A stretch of 63,882 nucleotides of DNA, filler included, from Reticulomyxa filosa (GCA_000512085.1; 14 parts of 14 records of this genome joined end to end with filler, not necessarily neighbours in it); one strand, 5' to 3'. Positions 13,480-27,320 are shown, counted from the first letter of the whole stretch. Translations and numbers: made by a program. Notes: generated by a model from the sequence alone, not told the origin.

Positions 13480-14140
13480 AAGAACCTGCAACTACTTGTA
13501 TCTTTTATTAAATCACACAATTGTTCGTGATATTTTTTTTTCAGCATTTCTTTTTTTTGAGCAAAACAAGGTTAGCACAAATAAATGTAAATGACATAAC
13601 TTCCTTATCACTGCCGTTATTGGCATCATTCTGATCATCATTGTCATTGGCATCATTCTGATCACTGTCGTTCTTGGCAACATTCTGTTGATCATCATCG
13701 ATACGTTGTTTGAATCGATAACACACAAACAATTAAATAAAAAATTCTTAATCCATTTGCTCCACAAACAAAGTTGCGAAGATGCGGACAATTTTATCAA
13801 ACAAAAAAAAAAACACATGTTCAACTCTTGCATCCGAATTACTATTTTCCGAGGCAGTACGTGAATACGCGTTCGACTGTCCGGGGCAACAATGTAAAAC
13901 ACAAATTGGTTTGTGAACATTTTATTTATTTCATCAACATCAGGGAACATAAAAAACATCCAATTTTTTACGTACCACCCCATCATTGTCATCTACTTTC
14001 TTTTCAGTAGAAAAATTTGCTTCAGCAATCTCTGACTGATCCGCTTGTGTATTATCGAGTGGTTGGTAGCACGAGGGTTTTTTCAACCACAAGTCAGCAG
14101 CCGTTGGCTGATCCATTTGTTTATCAGCCTTTGGACCCAT
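13480..14140 (-). CDS. Hypothetical protein fragment with D/N-rich repeats (frameshifted or spliced)
   Basis: Overlapping ORFs MGPKADKQMDQP..., VDEINKMFTNQF..., DDDQQNVAKNDSDQNDANDNDDQND; no family recognised. Confidence 0.4.
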
Positions 14141-16740
14141 TTGTTTATCATTGATTGGCCGGAACGAGCGGAAATTTTCTGAGATTTTTTTCAAACACAA
14201 AACAGAATTGCTAGTCCCAAAGTAAAATAATTTTCTCTTGTTGCTGCTTACTTTTAAGAGGCTCCATAGTTCAATCACAAAAAAAGAATACACAAACAGA
14301 GAAAATTATTTAGCAAATTTGAATCTTTAAATGCAATTAAATCCCCAGAAAAACTTTTTAAATTCCTTTTCATGAAAAACATCGATTTTCGACTTTATTT
14401 ACATCAAATACAACGAAGCATTTGATAACATTATATTGTGACGAGAAAGTGGGAATTAGTGTCATATATAAGACGAAAGATGAAACAATACTTATAGACA
14501 TTAAAATTATTGCCGACGAACTCGATAAAATTTAATAGTCGATTTTATTCGTTACAAAGACGTTGTTGGACTTTTTTTAAAAGAAAACGATACCAAAAAA
14601 AGAGCAAATAAACATTATGTATTTGATTACTAATTGGTTACAGTTTTATATTGATAATTTTTTTGAATTTTTGATTGCTTGATTGATCTTGGATTTTAAT
14701 TTTTTAATTAATTTAAAATGTGATTGTAGCGTTTTGATTACTATGGCTTCTTTTTATTTGTTTGGAAAGATAATTTCAACAAAAAAGAGTCGTCATTTTC
14801 AGTGCATACTTGTCTGTTGTGATATTCTCGAGAAACAGTGATGATTACTGATTTACTGTTTTATCTTTAAACAGGTCTAGGCGAGTTTTTTGTTCTATAT
14901 GTTGTATTTATCTTCAAAAGATCTGAGCTACGTAGTGGACTAAGACTTTTGCTGTTGGATCAACAAACGACAACTTTAAAGTTCAAAAATACACAACATT
15001 TAAAATTGTTTGGGGCAAGTATCATCTACGCTTTTCCGTTGAAATCTATTTTTACATTTTATCTCACTCTCAACATTAATATAAAAATAATTAGCATTAC
15101 ATAAAATTGAAGAGAAAATTGGCTTCTACATTATCTCCACTTTTTAACTTTGGAACTATGACCAAGAAATTTTTTATTATCGATGGTTATATGCTCTATA
15201 GACTACTTATCAAAAAAATAATTGATATTGTCGAAATTCTTAAGACTCTTGTGCATTGTTATACAAAATTATGGTAGTGCAACATTTCTTTCTTTATTCT
15301 GCTATGAAATTATTAGGACTTTTTCAAGTGAGATAATATTTCAATTTTGTTTATTTTGCAATTGATCATTGAATCAACAAATAAAGCTAACAAAGTCTGT
15401 TTTTTAACCGTTGTTCAATACATAGTATTTTTGGCAAATGTTCACATTTAATTGAAATTAAAGTGGTTTTGTTTTTTAAGAAAAGAATTATTCAAACGAT
15501 TAATAACTTTTGGAAACTACACCATTTTAATTTATGTCGGTTCCTTTTTTAGCAGTCAAAATTTGTTTATTTTCTCATGATTACGTTGACATAAAATTCA
15601 TCAAATCAAAAACAATGACAGCAGTACCAGACTAAAATTAAAAGAATTTTTTTTGAACAGTCATCAATTTTTGCGTTAACGTTGAACGACGCTTTCCACT
15701 TATCTTATTATCAGTAGAACGGTATTTAAATAGCTTTTTTCTTAACTACAAATATACGAAAGCAAAACAATGAAAATAATTATATTACCAGCAGACTTAG
15801 ATCGAAAACATTTTTATTAAAAAAACCGAAAATTAACAAGTCCGTTTTTTCGGATAATTCAGCAGTTAATAAAATCATTGATTGCAAAAAAGAAAAAATA
15901 AGATACGATGTTGCCGATTGAAGTATATTCAAGGTTCAAAATTAAATTCTATAATTACAATAAGTTACACATACTCAATTTTTGCATTTTAATGAAAAAA
16001 ACATGATTTATTCAAGAGAATAAAGGCAGTAATTACCAAAAATATCAAATTGAAGCAAAAACCAACATTAAACTTTGCAATTGATTTAATCTCTTTGCTT
16101 GTTGACGTTTTTCTTTTCAGTGTTTGAAATGGAAGCTTTTATCAGATTAAGATGATATTGCATTCTTTCTATTAATTTGTAGTACAAGTTCCTATTCTAA
16201 AGGTTTGAACTCGGGAGGACCCGAGGAACCCCAGTGGGTTGAACTTCTTTTACAACCTTCTTCACTTTGCCTTGTTTTGTTTTTCCTCTTTTTCGTGTCA
16301 TTTCTCTTTAATTTGTTTTAATTTACTTGTTTGTTAAAAATCAGGCTCTTTGAGCAAAAAGCCCTTTCGTATTACGTTTAGTGCAAACTCTTTTCTGGCT
16401 GACGTCTCACAAATTCGTCTGAAATGTACGTTAATTCAACGGGACATTTTTATAAGAAAAAATTATCTCCTGGTGGTATCATGTAAAGCAAGCTTACGTT
16501 CATTGAAAAGTATATGAAATGACTACACACCCACTTTCTAAATTAATATAGGTAAGTTCAGAAATCAGCACATGATTTACACATTTTTAAAATATTCATT
16601 TTCTAAAAATATAGAAAATCGATATTATTCAAATGTGTCATTTTTTCGTGATTCGGACTTCTGCAATACATGTATTATTTAAATGTGAATTTGACCAAGA
16701 TAAACAAACAAAATATTTAATAAAAAAAACTTAGATTATA

Positions 16741-17625
16741 CAGTAGTTTGAAAAAAAAAACAGTACAAAAAAAAGTGCGTATTTTTAGTATTTGACTTGT
16801 ATATCTTTATTGAAAAGAGCTAAGTAAAAATAATTTTGTAGACACATAGAACAAACCATAGAATATCTTTTTTATATATTGTAATATCTTATCTCTTGTA
16901 TTTATTTGAAAAGTTATACATCTATTTTTTTTATTACATCATATCAGACTGTAAAAAAAAATAATCTATTTAACAAATGTTTACACTTGTGTTTTTAAAA
17001 GAATCTTTTATGTGCAATTTATCACTTGGTGGAATCGCCATTGGCCTTTATCAAAGCATGAATGCACTTAGGCATTGAAGAAATAAGCATATCGCACAAA
17101 TCACCTTCAATTGAGTACAATTGCTTGCTAAATTACTCAAAGAGATCATCTTTGATGGAAAATATTCTATTTTTGTAAGTACGGCACTTAGTAATCCGCC
17201 AAAGGTTCTCAATTGGATTCAGATCTTGTTTTGCCACTTTTTGCATAGACTTTCAATCCAAAAGCATTTGCAAAGCTATTCACTTTATAAACTCGTCACA
17301 GTGCTTCCACATAATGCTCTTTACTTTATTCTGTGTTTATTGTCGTTAAATACTTTAATATTAGTCAGTATAATTAATTTTAAACTTTTTTTGTTTGGTA
17401 AGATAGTTTTTTTTTACATTTAATTTTTCAAACCACTGAGGAAAAAGAAGGATGAAGAACTTTTCAAATAAATGCAACAGATAAGATAGTACAACATAGA
17501 GTAAAGATAGTCTGTAATTTGCTTTATGTATTCACAAAGTTAGCTCTTTTTCAATAAAGATATACAAGTCAAATACTAAAAAAGCAAACTTTTTTTTGTG
17601 TAATGTTTTTTTTTGCAAACTACTG
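16741..17625 (-). mobile_element. Non-autonomous Tc1-type DNA transposon (885 bp; long TIRs, TA target-site duplication, transposase C-terminal remnant)
   Basis: TA|CAGTAGTTTG...TTTTTAGTATTTGACTTGTATATCTTTATTGAAAAGAGCTAA at the left end and its reverse complement ...GCAAACTACTG|TA at the right. The minus strand ~17022-17295 reads DLNPIENLWRITKCR...LISSMPKCIHALIKANGDSTK, matching the Tc1 transposase SPDLNPIENLW and SMP.R..AVI.A.G motifs. Confidence 0.92.
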
Positions 17626-18224
17626 TATTGTTCAAAATAACGTCTTTGTTATTTTACATGCCCAAGTAATGTAAGGTATATAGAATATGATATAATGAAG
17701 GATATATTCGCTTTGTAAACAAGAGAGCAATATCTTAAGATGAACTATTTCTGGGGTCTCTTTATCTGATTGCATGCTTTTGAATTACTGATCATTCATA
17801 TCCTGTTTCAGCAGAAAATGTTGTTTTGATAGTGCACGCTGTTATCCTTTTTACTTTATCATGTATTGAGTGTCAAATAGACATAAAAAAAAACAATTTA
17901 AAAAAATTAGTAGGATTTGCAATGAAGAAAATACAATACTTGAAATATCTTGCAATTTATTTTGCTATTTGAATACAATTTTCATTTATTGTGCTTTTGA
18001 ATTCTTTAAACAATATTGAACGCAGCCTTTTCAGTTTTTTAAACAACAAAGTAAGAAAAAAACGTATCTTTCAATTTTCGCATTTAATCAAATTAAACAA
18101 ATTTAATATAAACTTACTTTTCTTTTAATCAAACTTTTCAAACAAAACACTTTTATTTCTTATTCGACAAAAAATTAAATTTACCGAATACGAATATGAC
18201 ATATCACATTTGAATTACCAACAA

Positions 18225-18664
18225 TATTCTTTATTACAAATGGTGAATATTCAACAGTAAATACTCCATATTTATGTCCATTGAGCACTTGAATTTGTTG
18301 ACCAGATCGAATATCCCATAAACGAACACTTTTATCAGATGATCCAGATAATATTGTATTTATACTTCATTTGGTCAATATTTTACATTATTCACACAAC
18401 CATTATGTACTTTGAATAAATTGAATTATTTGGCTATTTCAATATACCATATTCGAATGGTATTATCACATGATCCAGAACAAATTATATATCCATTTCC
18501 ACCAATAACACCAATATTATTATCGTCATTTTTGTTATTGCTTTGTAATGGCGAAATATCAACACACCAAACAACATATTCATGTCCATTGAAAACATGT
18601 AATGATTTTGATGTTTCGACATCCCAAAAACGAATGGTTTTATCACATGATGAAGAACAAATGA
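18225..18664 (-). pseudogene. WD40-repeat family pseudogene fragment
   Basis: ICSSSCDKTIRFWDVETSKSLHVFNGHEYVVWCVDISPLQSNNKNDDNNIGVIGGNGYIICSGSCDNTIRIW..., then in-frame stops and TILSGSSDKSVRLWDIRSGQQIQVLNGH. Confidence 0.85.
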
Positions 18665-18764
18665 NNNNNNNNNNNNNNNNNNNNNNNNNNNNNNNNNNNN
18701 NNNNNNNNTTAATTAATTAANNNNNNNNNNNNNNNNNNNNNNNNNNNNNNNNNNNNNNNNNNNN
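18665..18764. other. Artificial contig spacer
   Basis: N44-TTAATTAATTAA-N44. Confidence 0.98.
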
Positions 18765-18808
18765 ATTATTATTTAATTAATTAAAAAAAAAAAAAAAAGC
18801 AATTCACA

Positions 18809-19267
18809 CCTGGTTTGTAATTTGGGATTGACAAAATACAAAGCTCCCAACAGTTCCAAACTGTTTAAAATCCAATAACAAACCCATGTTCTACTGCAGT
18901 CTTGTGAAAGATAGGCCGAAGACAAACGCTCTAAGCCATCCAACAAATAATCAATCAATTTTCTCCGTTCTAATCTTGTGTTTGCCATTATGTCATCTCT
19001 TAACAACCATTGCCTTATCTTATTTTCGCAATCCTTTTCAGTCTTTGTTTCTTCATCTTGGGTTGGTGATGGCAGCTTATGGTCTGATGAATGTTTTGGT
19101 AATTCATACACATCTCGCTCAAAATGGTCTAAGTGCTCTTTGCATGGGGACAATATCACCTCACGTTCAAAATTGCAGAATATAGCCGGATTGCTGTAAA
19201 TAACCTCTTCCCGATTTATGCAAAGAGTATCATCAGATTCATGTTGTCCTGTATTTGACTGAGACAT
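18809..19267 (-). CDS. FNTB: Protein farnesyltransferase beta subunit, first exon (rest lost at contig break)
   Basis: LERRKLIDYLLDGLERLSSAYLSQDCSRTWVCYWILNSLELLG matches the FNTB/RAM1 motif LDASRPWLCYWILHSLELL; followed by a GT donor. Confidence 0.88.
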
Positions 19268-20176
19268 GTTCACCTTTTTCTTAGCTTCTTGAGATTTTGC
19301 ATTTGTACTTTTAAGTCAGTATCTTGTTAATGCTGATCAAATAAAAGATTACTGACATATTCAATAAGACAAACAAACATAAATAATTAAATTGGGACAT
19401 TAAATTGTTTTATTTTGCTAATTTCATCTTTTTAAAATTTATCGAAACATGAAATTGTTATGTTTTATTTGAATATTTTGATAAAAATTAAAGATTGTTT
19501 ATTTTCTAAAATAAACAACATATTTTGTAGGTATTTTTTTTATTTTACTACAATATTATTTTCATATAAAATAAAACTGACGCGTTCCATCAATATTTTC
19601 GTAATAATAATTATTAATTTACGTTGAGCCACATAGCAATTTAATTTGTGATATATTATTTTTGTTGAAAGCCTTTCTTATTCTTCGTATAATGAAATTT
19701 TTGGACTTTTCAAAATTCTCTTCCATTCTTCAAATAAAATAAATCAAATAAATACAATTTTTTTAGAAAAAGTAAAGATGTCCAAGTAAAAATACAGAGT
19801 AATATGAATCTGCTGTGCTGTCCAGAAATTGGGAAGAGATTATTTACAGCAAGTCTATTGCTCACGAAAAAAATCTAAAAGGAATATTCTAATTTTTTTT
19901 TCAAAAGGACACTAATATAATTTGTAAGTGATTGAAATGGAATCGAGTTCTGTGCATATGTAATATTGATTTAATTTGTTGAGAAACAATGGGTTTACAA
20001 TTCCAAATCAAAAACATTTAAACGTATGGCAGATCAAACCAGACCAGAAACAATGCAAAAAACGTCACCCAGCAAAAAGTGAAGCGGATAAACAGAAAGG
20101 TGATTACGAAAAACAACAAAAAGAGTAGATGGTGTCTCTTTGTTCGAGAAAAGAGAGTAGATGTAAATGTGATATT

Positions 20177-22352
20177 TTACGAAGTGTGACATTCTGCCCT
20201 TCGTAGTAAAGATTTGGTACTTTTATTGGCCATAAGAGTTTTCCAGAGGTTGTTGGTTTTGGTTTTCAAGACTTTATCTTTTTTGTAATAATAATAGTAC
20301 AGCCTCCATCCAAACAAAGAAGTGAGGCCACATCCAATGGCGGCGAAGAAAAAGTGTAGAGCCATGGATTTGGTATATTTTTTGAATTTCTTTTTGCGTC
20401 TCTCGGATGTCCCTCGCAAGGAATTCCATTCCAGTCCTTCTTTCAACTCTTGGGGTGGATTTTGCAAGTGATCGACAACATCAGCGACGTTAGATTTTAA
20501 CAAGACCTGTTCACTGACAAGATGTTCGTCATTGCGACTGTTACTGTTGTGATCCTCTCTATTGTGTGTTTCACCACTGCCATTTCTTTTGAAGCCATTG
20601 TGGATTACATTTGCAGTTGTTGTTGTTGTGGTGGCAGCCATTACCGCTGTGGTCGTCGGCGTTGTTCCTGTTATTGCTGCTGCAATTGCTGTAGTGATAG
20701 CTTCTTTCGGATGCGAATTGTCCATATAGCCAAGTCGATCCTGAAATTTACTCGTCCGATAGTGCACCGAGTCATAGCGCTTACTCGGATCATCTCCATC
20801 GCCGTCACTGTCTCGCTGATGTCGATGACGTATCGGTGCCCTCAAGTTTTCTTCGTACCATACTTCGGCTTCTTTTTCTCTTTCTTTTTTTATTGTGTCT
20901 TTCTTTCGTGTCGTTTCCTTTTCTATTTCAATTGCAATTTCATTTGCATTCTTCATATTCCCATTCACATCTGCATTTGCATTTGCATTTGCAATTGTAT
21001 CTTCATTTATATCTGCATCTGCGTTTGTATCGTAATCGTCGTCCTCATCGCCGTGCTTGCGAGTGCCTTTCTTTTCTGCTATAGCAGCACGGTCGTCTCG
21101 ATCGAAACTATGCTTTGTATCGAACATTGCATGGTTATGCAGCGCGTTCGTAACGCCGTCCCAGCTCTTCCCGACACCACGGTCGTGGACATTGTCGCTG
21201 GAGCTCCTGTTCGCGTGGCTTTGTCCAAAGGAAGCTATGGTCGGAATCATTATCACGCATATGCATAGGGTCAGTGTTATCAGACCGAACCACTTCTTGT
21301 GAAGCCAAAAGGCCGCTATTAAGTGAGGCAATAGCGCCACTGGTTCATTGGTCTCCTTTTTTTCTCGTCACACATTTTGCATACGTATTCACATATACAT
21401 ATACATATGTATGTGTATATGTATATATGCATATGTATAATCCTCTTTGTTTGTAACAAAAAAGCGAAAATATAATTAATGATGCGTTATCCTTGCCTGA
21501 GGTTGAAATTGATTTGTGGTGGGGTACTTTCGTGATCGTAAATGAAGTCTTCCGGATAGTGACACGATTGAAACATAGGCATTATTTGTACTACTACTAC
21601 TACTATTACTGTTGGTGTTGCCACTGGTGTTGTTACTGTGTGTGGAACTCGTTGGCAGCAATGGATGAGGCGATGAACATTGGACAGAACTTGACGTGGA
21701 TGCTGCTTTGTGCTGAAAATGACTCTCTTCCTCGCGCTGGCTTGAGTTGCAATTCAAAAGTGCTATGTTGTTGTCAGGCTTCACATCACTCGCTTGTTGT
21801 GGCGGCATTGGCGTCAATATTGGAAGCAGCTGCATCTGTGCTTTGCTTTCTTGTTCTGATTTCGCATTTTCGCTTGTTTGCTTTTTTGCACTCGTCTCGT
21901 CAATTGTATCATGTAACTGTTCTTTTATTGGATATTCATCGACAATAACCCTTTCTTCTATTTCTTCTTCTTTTTCTTTTTCTTCAGTTTGTATCATCGA
22001 TTTTTTATCAGGCTCTTCCTTACCCTCTCTTTCATTCGGATTTGGGCTTTGATTTTTGATCTCTGATTGCTCATCGTACAGTGATGGCATGATTATTGGA
22101 CTGTCTTGTTCCTCTTTCACCGTAATCATGCCTTTTTCTTCCTTTGCTGATCCTTTATTGACTTCGCTTCGGTCGTTCACTACTGATGACTGTGCCGGTT
22201 TTTTTTGTGGCTTCTTCGGAACTATCTCCAAATCATTGTCCACCAACGCGAATCCATCATCTGTTGACTCTGAATCACTGGAATACTTTGAACTTACTGT
22301 CCTTTGGGTCGTAAGAAAATAATCATCTCGTATTTCAACATCCAAATTCATG
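20177..22352 (-). CDS. Low-complexity hypothetical protein with 2-3 predicted membrane segments (two exons)
   Basis: ORFs 21476-22366 and 20177-21340 are separated by a TA-microsatellite intron. Hydrophobic stretches WFGLITLTLCICVIMIPTIASF and ALHFFFAAIGCGLTSLFGW. Confidence 0.6.
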
Positions 22353-22768
22353 ACTTGCATTTTCAAAAATTTAATACCTTTTTTCTTACGTTAAACACGA
22401 CCCTTCTGTGGTCGCAACTGAACCTTTTCTTTATTTTATCTTTTCATTTGTTAAAAGGTCTGAAAAAAGTTACTTGGCTGATAGGAAAATGTAATTCGTC
22501 AATATTAAACCGTTTATTACTACTTGTCACTTTATTTCTAGAATTTTCCGAGTGTCTTCGGCCCAGAAAATGCTGTAATATTTGATCATTATTACCTTTC
22601 ATTTGAAAACGCTAATATTATTTATTACTGTTTTGATGACAAGTCTAGAAGAAAATTAATTTTGTATTTTACAGCTATAATTTGTTAAATTAAAACGGAT
22701 AGATATGCTTAGCAGATTTAAACTAAAAAATGAACAAATCTCTAAAAATTTGAAAAAATGGTATGAAT

Positions 22769-23663
22769 TTATTTTTTGGCTTGCTTTGGTAGAGATAATA
22801 CTTTTTGTAGCTCTTCTTTCAATGATTCATTGTGTTTTTTGAGTGCTTCCATTTCTTGTTGATGTTTGCGTGAGGCCTCTTCTCTTTTTTTAGTTTCATT
22901 TTCCTCTAATGATTGAATTTGTTGCTTTATTGACCCGACTTCTTTTTCTAAATCGACGCACTCTCTTTCTAGTTGATGTGCCTATTTTTTGACATTTGGG
23001 GCTTCGCGCATGTTCAATATTTGTCATATAGATAAATTACCTCCTCCTCAAGTTTCGTTTTTTGTTGCTCAGACTGGAGCGCTTTTCGAATTCCATAGGC
23101 AATGCTACTTTCATATAACGCCCGGTAAGATGTTATGGTCATACGGATCTCGTCACGAATCCGTAGCAACAGTAATCCTCGCTCAGTGCAATTGATCGTT
23201 ACTTGTCGTATCAATTCATCTGTATTGTTCGAACAAAGAGCGAAGAATGCTTCATGTGAGAATTTTAAAAATGCATTGATATCTTATTTGACATACCAAA
23301 GCATTGAGAGTACAATTCTTCGCGAATTGGACAAATTCCGGTTTCTCGTGCTTTTCTTTGGATTAGCCTTTTATCTAATTCTTCTTGTAAATTCACTACA
23401 TCATGTCTTGTGGCGGGGTCACTGGAAACATATTGTACCCACAGTTGACCCTCTTCAGTCCATTCTCGTGGAGGCAAAATACTATTTAATACGTCCTCTG
23501 TTGCCGTCGCATTAGGTTTTAATCTGTTGGCCTCGCTTTTTTTTTTTAGTATATATTTTTTTAATATTCAAAAATCAGCTGCAACAAAGACTCCATACCG
23601 TTTGGAGGTGGTCACTAAAATAGGATTTTCATATTTGACCAATGATTCAGTGGCTCTACTCAT
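22769..23663 (-). CDS. DNALI1: Axonemal inner-arm dynein light intermediate chain p28
   Basis: MSRATESLVKYENPILVTTSK ... EDVLNSILPPREWTEEGQLWVQYVSSDPATRHDVVNLQEELDKRL..ARETGICPIREELYSQCF|DELIRQVTINCTERGLLLLRIRDE...LYESSIAYGIRKALQ, then a C-terminal coiled coil; about three introns. Confidence 0.95.
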
Positions 23664-24043
23664 TTCTTATCTTTTCAACAAGTGTCAAGCCAAAACCGAA
23701 TTAAAGGACGCAAACAAAAATTCTGTGACGTCTTACGTAGTATCACTGATTATGAGAGCAATTCGAAAATTAGAAGCTTATTTTGGTTGTCTTTTTTTTT
23801 TGCGGTTTTGAAAGAAAGGACAAATTTTATAAATAGAATCTTGAAAATCAACTTTTGTGATGCGTACACAGAAATGAAAATATGAAAAAAAGAGTGCTTA
23901 CAAAAAAGCAAAAAAACACAAAAAATCCAAAATATCGTCACTGTTTGCAATACGAAAAAATGCGTGAGAGAAAAAGAAACTGGAAGAATACAATTTTGTG
24001 GAAATCGCTAAAAGTTTAAAGTCTTTTACTTGCATTGCGACTT

Positions 24044-25587
24044 TTAAAATTCCAAGTCCAAAGCAAACTGATCTTCATCAGGTTTTTGTAATTGTGACAT
24101 AACACCAGCTTTTGCATATTCTCCAACTCTTCTTTCAAAAAAGTTCGCCTTACCTTGCAAGGATATCATTTCCATCCATTCAAAGGGATTGGCAACTTTA
24201 AATATTTTGGGATGCCCTAAAGCATGAAGCAGTCTATCGGCAACAAATTCAATGTATTGAGACATTCGTTCAGCGTTCATTCCAATCAGATTGACTGGCA
24301 GTGCATCACACACAAACGTTTTCTCGCATTTCACTGCATCTCTAACAATTTCGTGAACAATTTCGTCTTTCAACTGATTCACGCACTCCCGGTACAGCAG
24401 ACAAGCGAAATCAGTGTGCAATCCTTCGTCACGACTAATTAGTTCATTGCTAAACGTAAGGCCTGGCATCAAACCACGCTTCTTTAGCCAAAATATTGCA
24501 CAAAATGATCCGCTGAAAAATATTCCCTCTACACACGCATAAGCAACCAATCGTTGAATGAAAGGTGCTTCCTTATCCATCCACTGCAATGCCCATTTTG
24601 CCTTCTGTTTCACGCATTCAATCTCGTCCATCGCGTTGAACAAGTGCTGCTTTTCTTTGGCGTTCTTCACATATGTGTCTATCAACAACGAGTATGTCTC
24701 ACTGTGAACGTTTTCCATTGCAGCTTGAAACGCATAAAAGCAGCGTGCCTCAGGCAACTGCACGTCATTAATGAAATTTTTCGTTAAATTTTCCAATACA
24801 ATGCCATCACTATAAAAACACATCACAAATGTTTGTTATTGTTATTGTTTTTTTTTTTTTTAGGTCTTAGATTGTTTTATTTTGTTGGTTTGAAGAAACA
24901 GCTCCAAACAAAAAGCCGCTAGCACACATTTGGAAAAAGGTGCACCTTTTTGTCGGAGTTTTTCATCGGGAGAAAAAAGTCAAAAAAAAAGCAAAGTCCG
25001 AGTCAGAACCGGACCAATCAAACAGGTCAAATGTTTTGTTCATTTTTTGTTTTTTTTTGTTTTGCTGTTGTTTGTAGTCGTTGCTTGACCTGGCTGCAAA
25101 AAATGCCAAAACAGTCTTTATAAAGTGTCTTTCATTGTCGTTCAGCTGTTGCCAATGTTTGTGATCATTGCTCAAATCGATCTCCTCTGCTGTCCAAAAT
25201 GAGGCAACGTGTTTTTTGTACATTTCCCACACCTACATTTTATACGGGTTGCATCACACAAAAATGCAATGTATTATCTTACTTTGTGTAAAATTCTTAT
25301 AACGTGAAAGCAATGTGCAATTTTGACATATTACAAAACAACCTTACCGATCGATTTTGGATTGGGAATAGCACAAAACGATTTCTTTGCTCTGTTAAAA
25401 TTGGCTCGTCTTGGTCTAATTTTTTGGTCAGTTCTTTACTGTCAACAACATGTTTTTCTTGTTCTGGTTTCGTTATTTTTGTCGAGGAAGAAGTGCAATC
25501 AGAGAACCACAAGTCGTGCGAAGAATTTTCTTCGTCAAGTGTGGATTCAATTTTTTCTTCTGATAATTTGTTATCTCCTCGAAACAT
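24044..25587 (-). CDS. RRM2: Ribonucleoside-diphosphate reductase small subunit (class Ia R2); exons 25348-25587, 25090-25232, 24044-24809
   Basis: [28 protein letters not shown]|[17 protein letters not shown] (radical Tyr), [24 protein letters not shown]-terminal FALDLEF; canonical GT-AG introns. Confidence 0.98.
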
Positions 25588-27320
25588 GTTTGTATGTGAC
25601 ACTTTTCAATAAAAGGCAATGTTGTTCCTAAAAAAAACAAAGCTTGTTGAGAAATATAACTTCCCTTTGAACCTTGAAAAAGTCATGTAACAACGATTAA
25701 TTATGAACATTGCCAACCTGCAGTTATTGATAGGATTGCTATCTCAAGTGTTACAAATATCCAAATAATCTTAACTAGTGAAAGCGACCAAGCATGATCT
25801 GAATAAACATTTCTACAGAAGATATAGTATTTAGCAATGTTTACAAAGGAAGTCTTTTGTGCAACTGCAACGATTCAAAATTATTTCAAATGTCAATAAA
25901 AGTTAATTCAAAGCTTTGATATAAATGAATTAGCTTGAATAATTTAAATTTTTATAATATCTAAAAAATACTAACATTTACATTATGAAAGAAAGTTTTG
26001 AAGTAAATAATTGTGGTACGTGTAGTACCAACATTGTCAGAAATCCAAGTGAACCTCAGAACTCCCTTTATTCTGGTTCACACTCACTTCACTCATCAGC
26101 CTTTCGCTCTTAGTTTTGCTTGTTTGTTTTTGATCATTATTTTCTCGTTATTTAACAAATTTCGTTTTGTTGAAAGAAGAGCTAGTCAACCTTTTGTATT
26201 ACACTTTGTGCAGTTCTTTTCAGCAGACATTCCACATAATGAAAAAAGGCAAACAAAAAACATATTATAAAATGAATAATCCTAGAATAATAATTCAATA
26301 CTAGTTTATGCTAAGTACAAAAGAATAATATATTTGAATAACGTGTTTTTCATCAATAGATTATATACTACGTACACCAGCAATAAAATAATACTTTGTT
26401 TAATTTAATTTTTTATTGTGATGTCAGAATTTTTAATTTATTTAAGTGTAGAATTCATATAATATCAATGTAATACGAACTAACATTATTATTTAATATG
26501 ATATTCATAATATATATAAACAACAATTATCACTTGGATTTTAATATTATACATATTATGTCGTACATTTACCAAAATTTACTTTGTAAAATGTATTATT
26601 CTTTCAGTATATTTTTACATGTTTTTTATCAATATTACATCATTAATCTAATTGTTGCATTAGTTTTCTTTTGTTTTAAATTAATCTTTTTTATAATTGC
26701 TGTTTATAAGTTTCATTGTTAGTAAATTTCTTTCATATTATCTTACAAAATATCTTATTATAAGTATATTAAATTAATTTTTCATTTATTTCACAATATT
26801 ATATTTTTAGTATAAACTAATTAAACTTATGTTTTATTCTATCAATTAATAATGCATAGTAATATAATATCATTAATTATTCCATTATGATAAAGTTCTT
26901 GTGAAATGTTTAAAATTATCAAGAAGAAAAAATTATTATTCGATTGAAACTGTACATGTTGATTAATTCTTGCTGAAAAATTATGAATCAGAAAATAATG
27001 GAAAAATGATTTGAATATTATAATATAAAACTAACATTTAATTACATTAATTTAAATAATTTTTTGACACTAGTTAATATGATATATGAAGCTAGGGTCA
27101 ATATATTGCAAGACGACATTGCGCAAACACCAGTAACTACGCAAAAGTTCATAATAAATATTTTTACAAATTTCAACGTTATTCCAATTCAAAAAAAATA
27201 AATGTGAATGAAGCAAATACAAGTTTACTTTGTCTTTTTGGCATATACAAAACGGGAAATTCTTTCCATATTTTTTTTTTTAAACTTACATATTAAGTCA
27301 CATAATATATTCCTGGTGAA

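Noticed and set aside
16102-16301. Short minus-strand ORF MTRKRGKTKQGKVKKVVKEVQPTG...
   Set aside because: Stops after ~34 codons and no family is recognised; possibly a pseudogene fragment but unsupported.
20522-21302. Plus-strand Cys/Ile-rich ORFs
   Set aside because: Antisense shadows of the minus-strand low-complexity gene.
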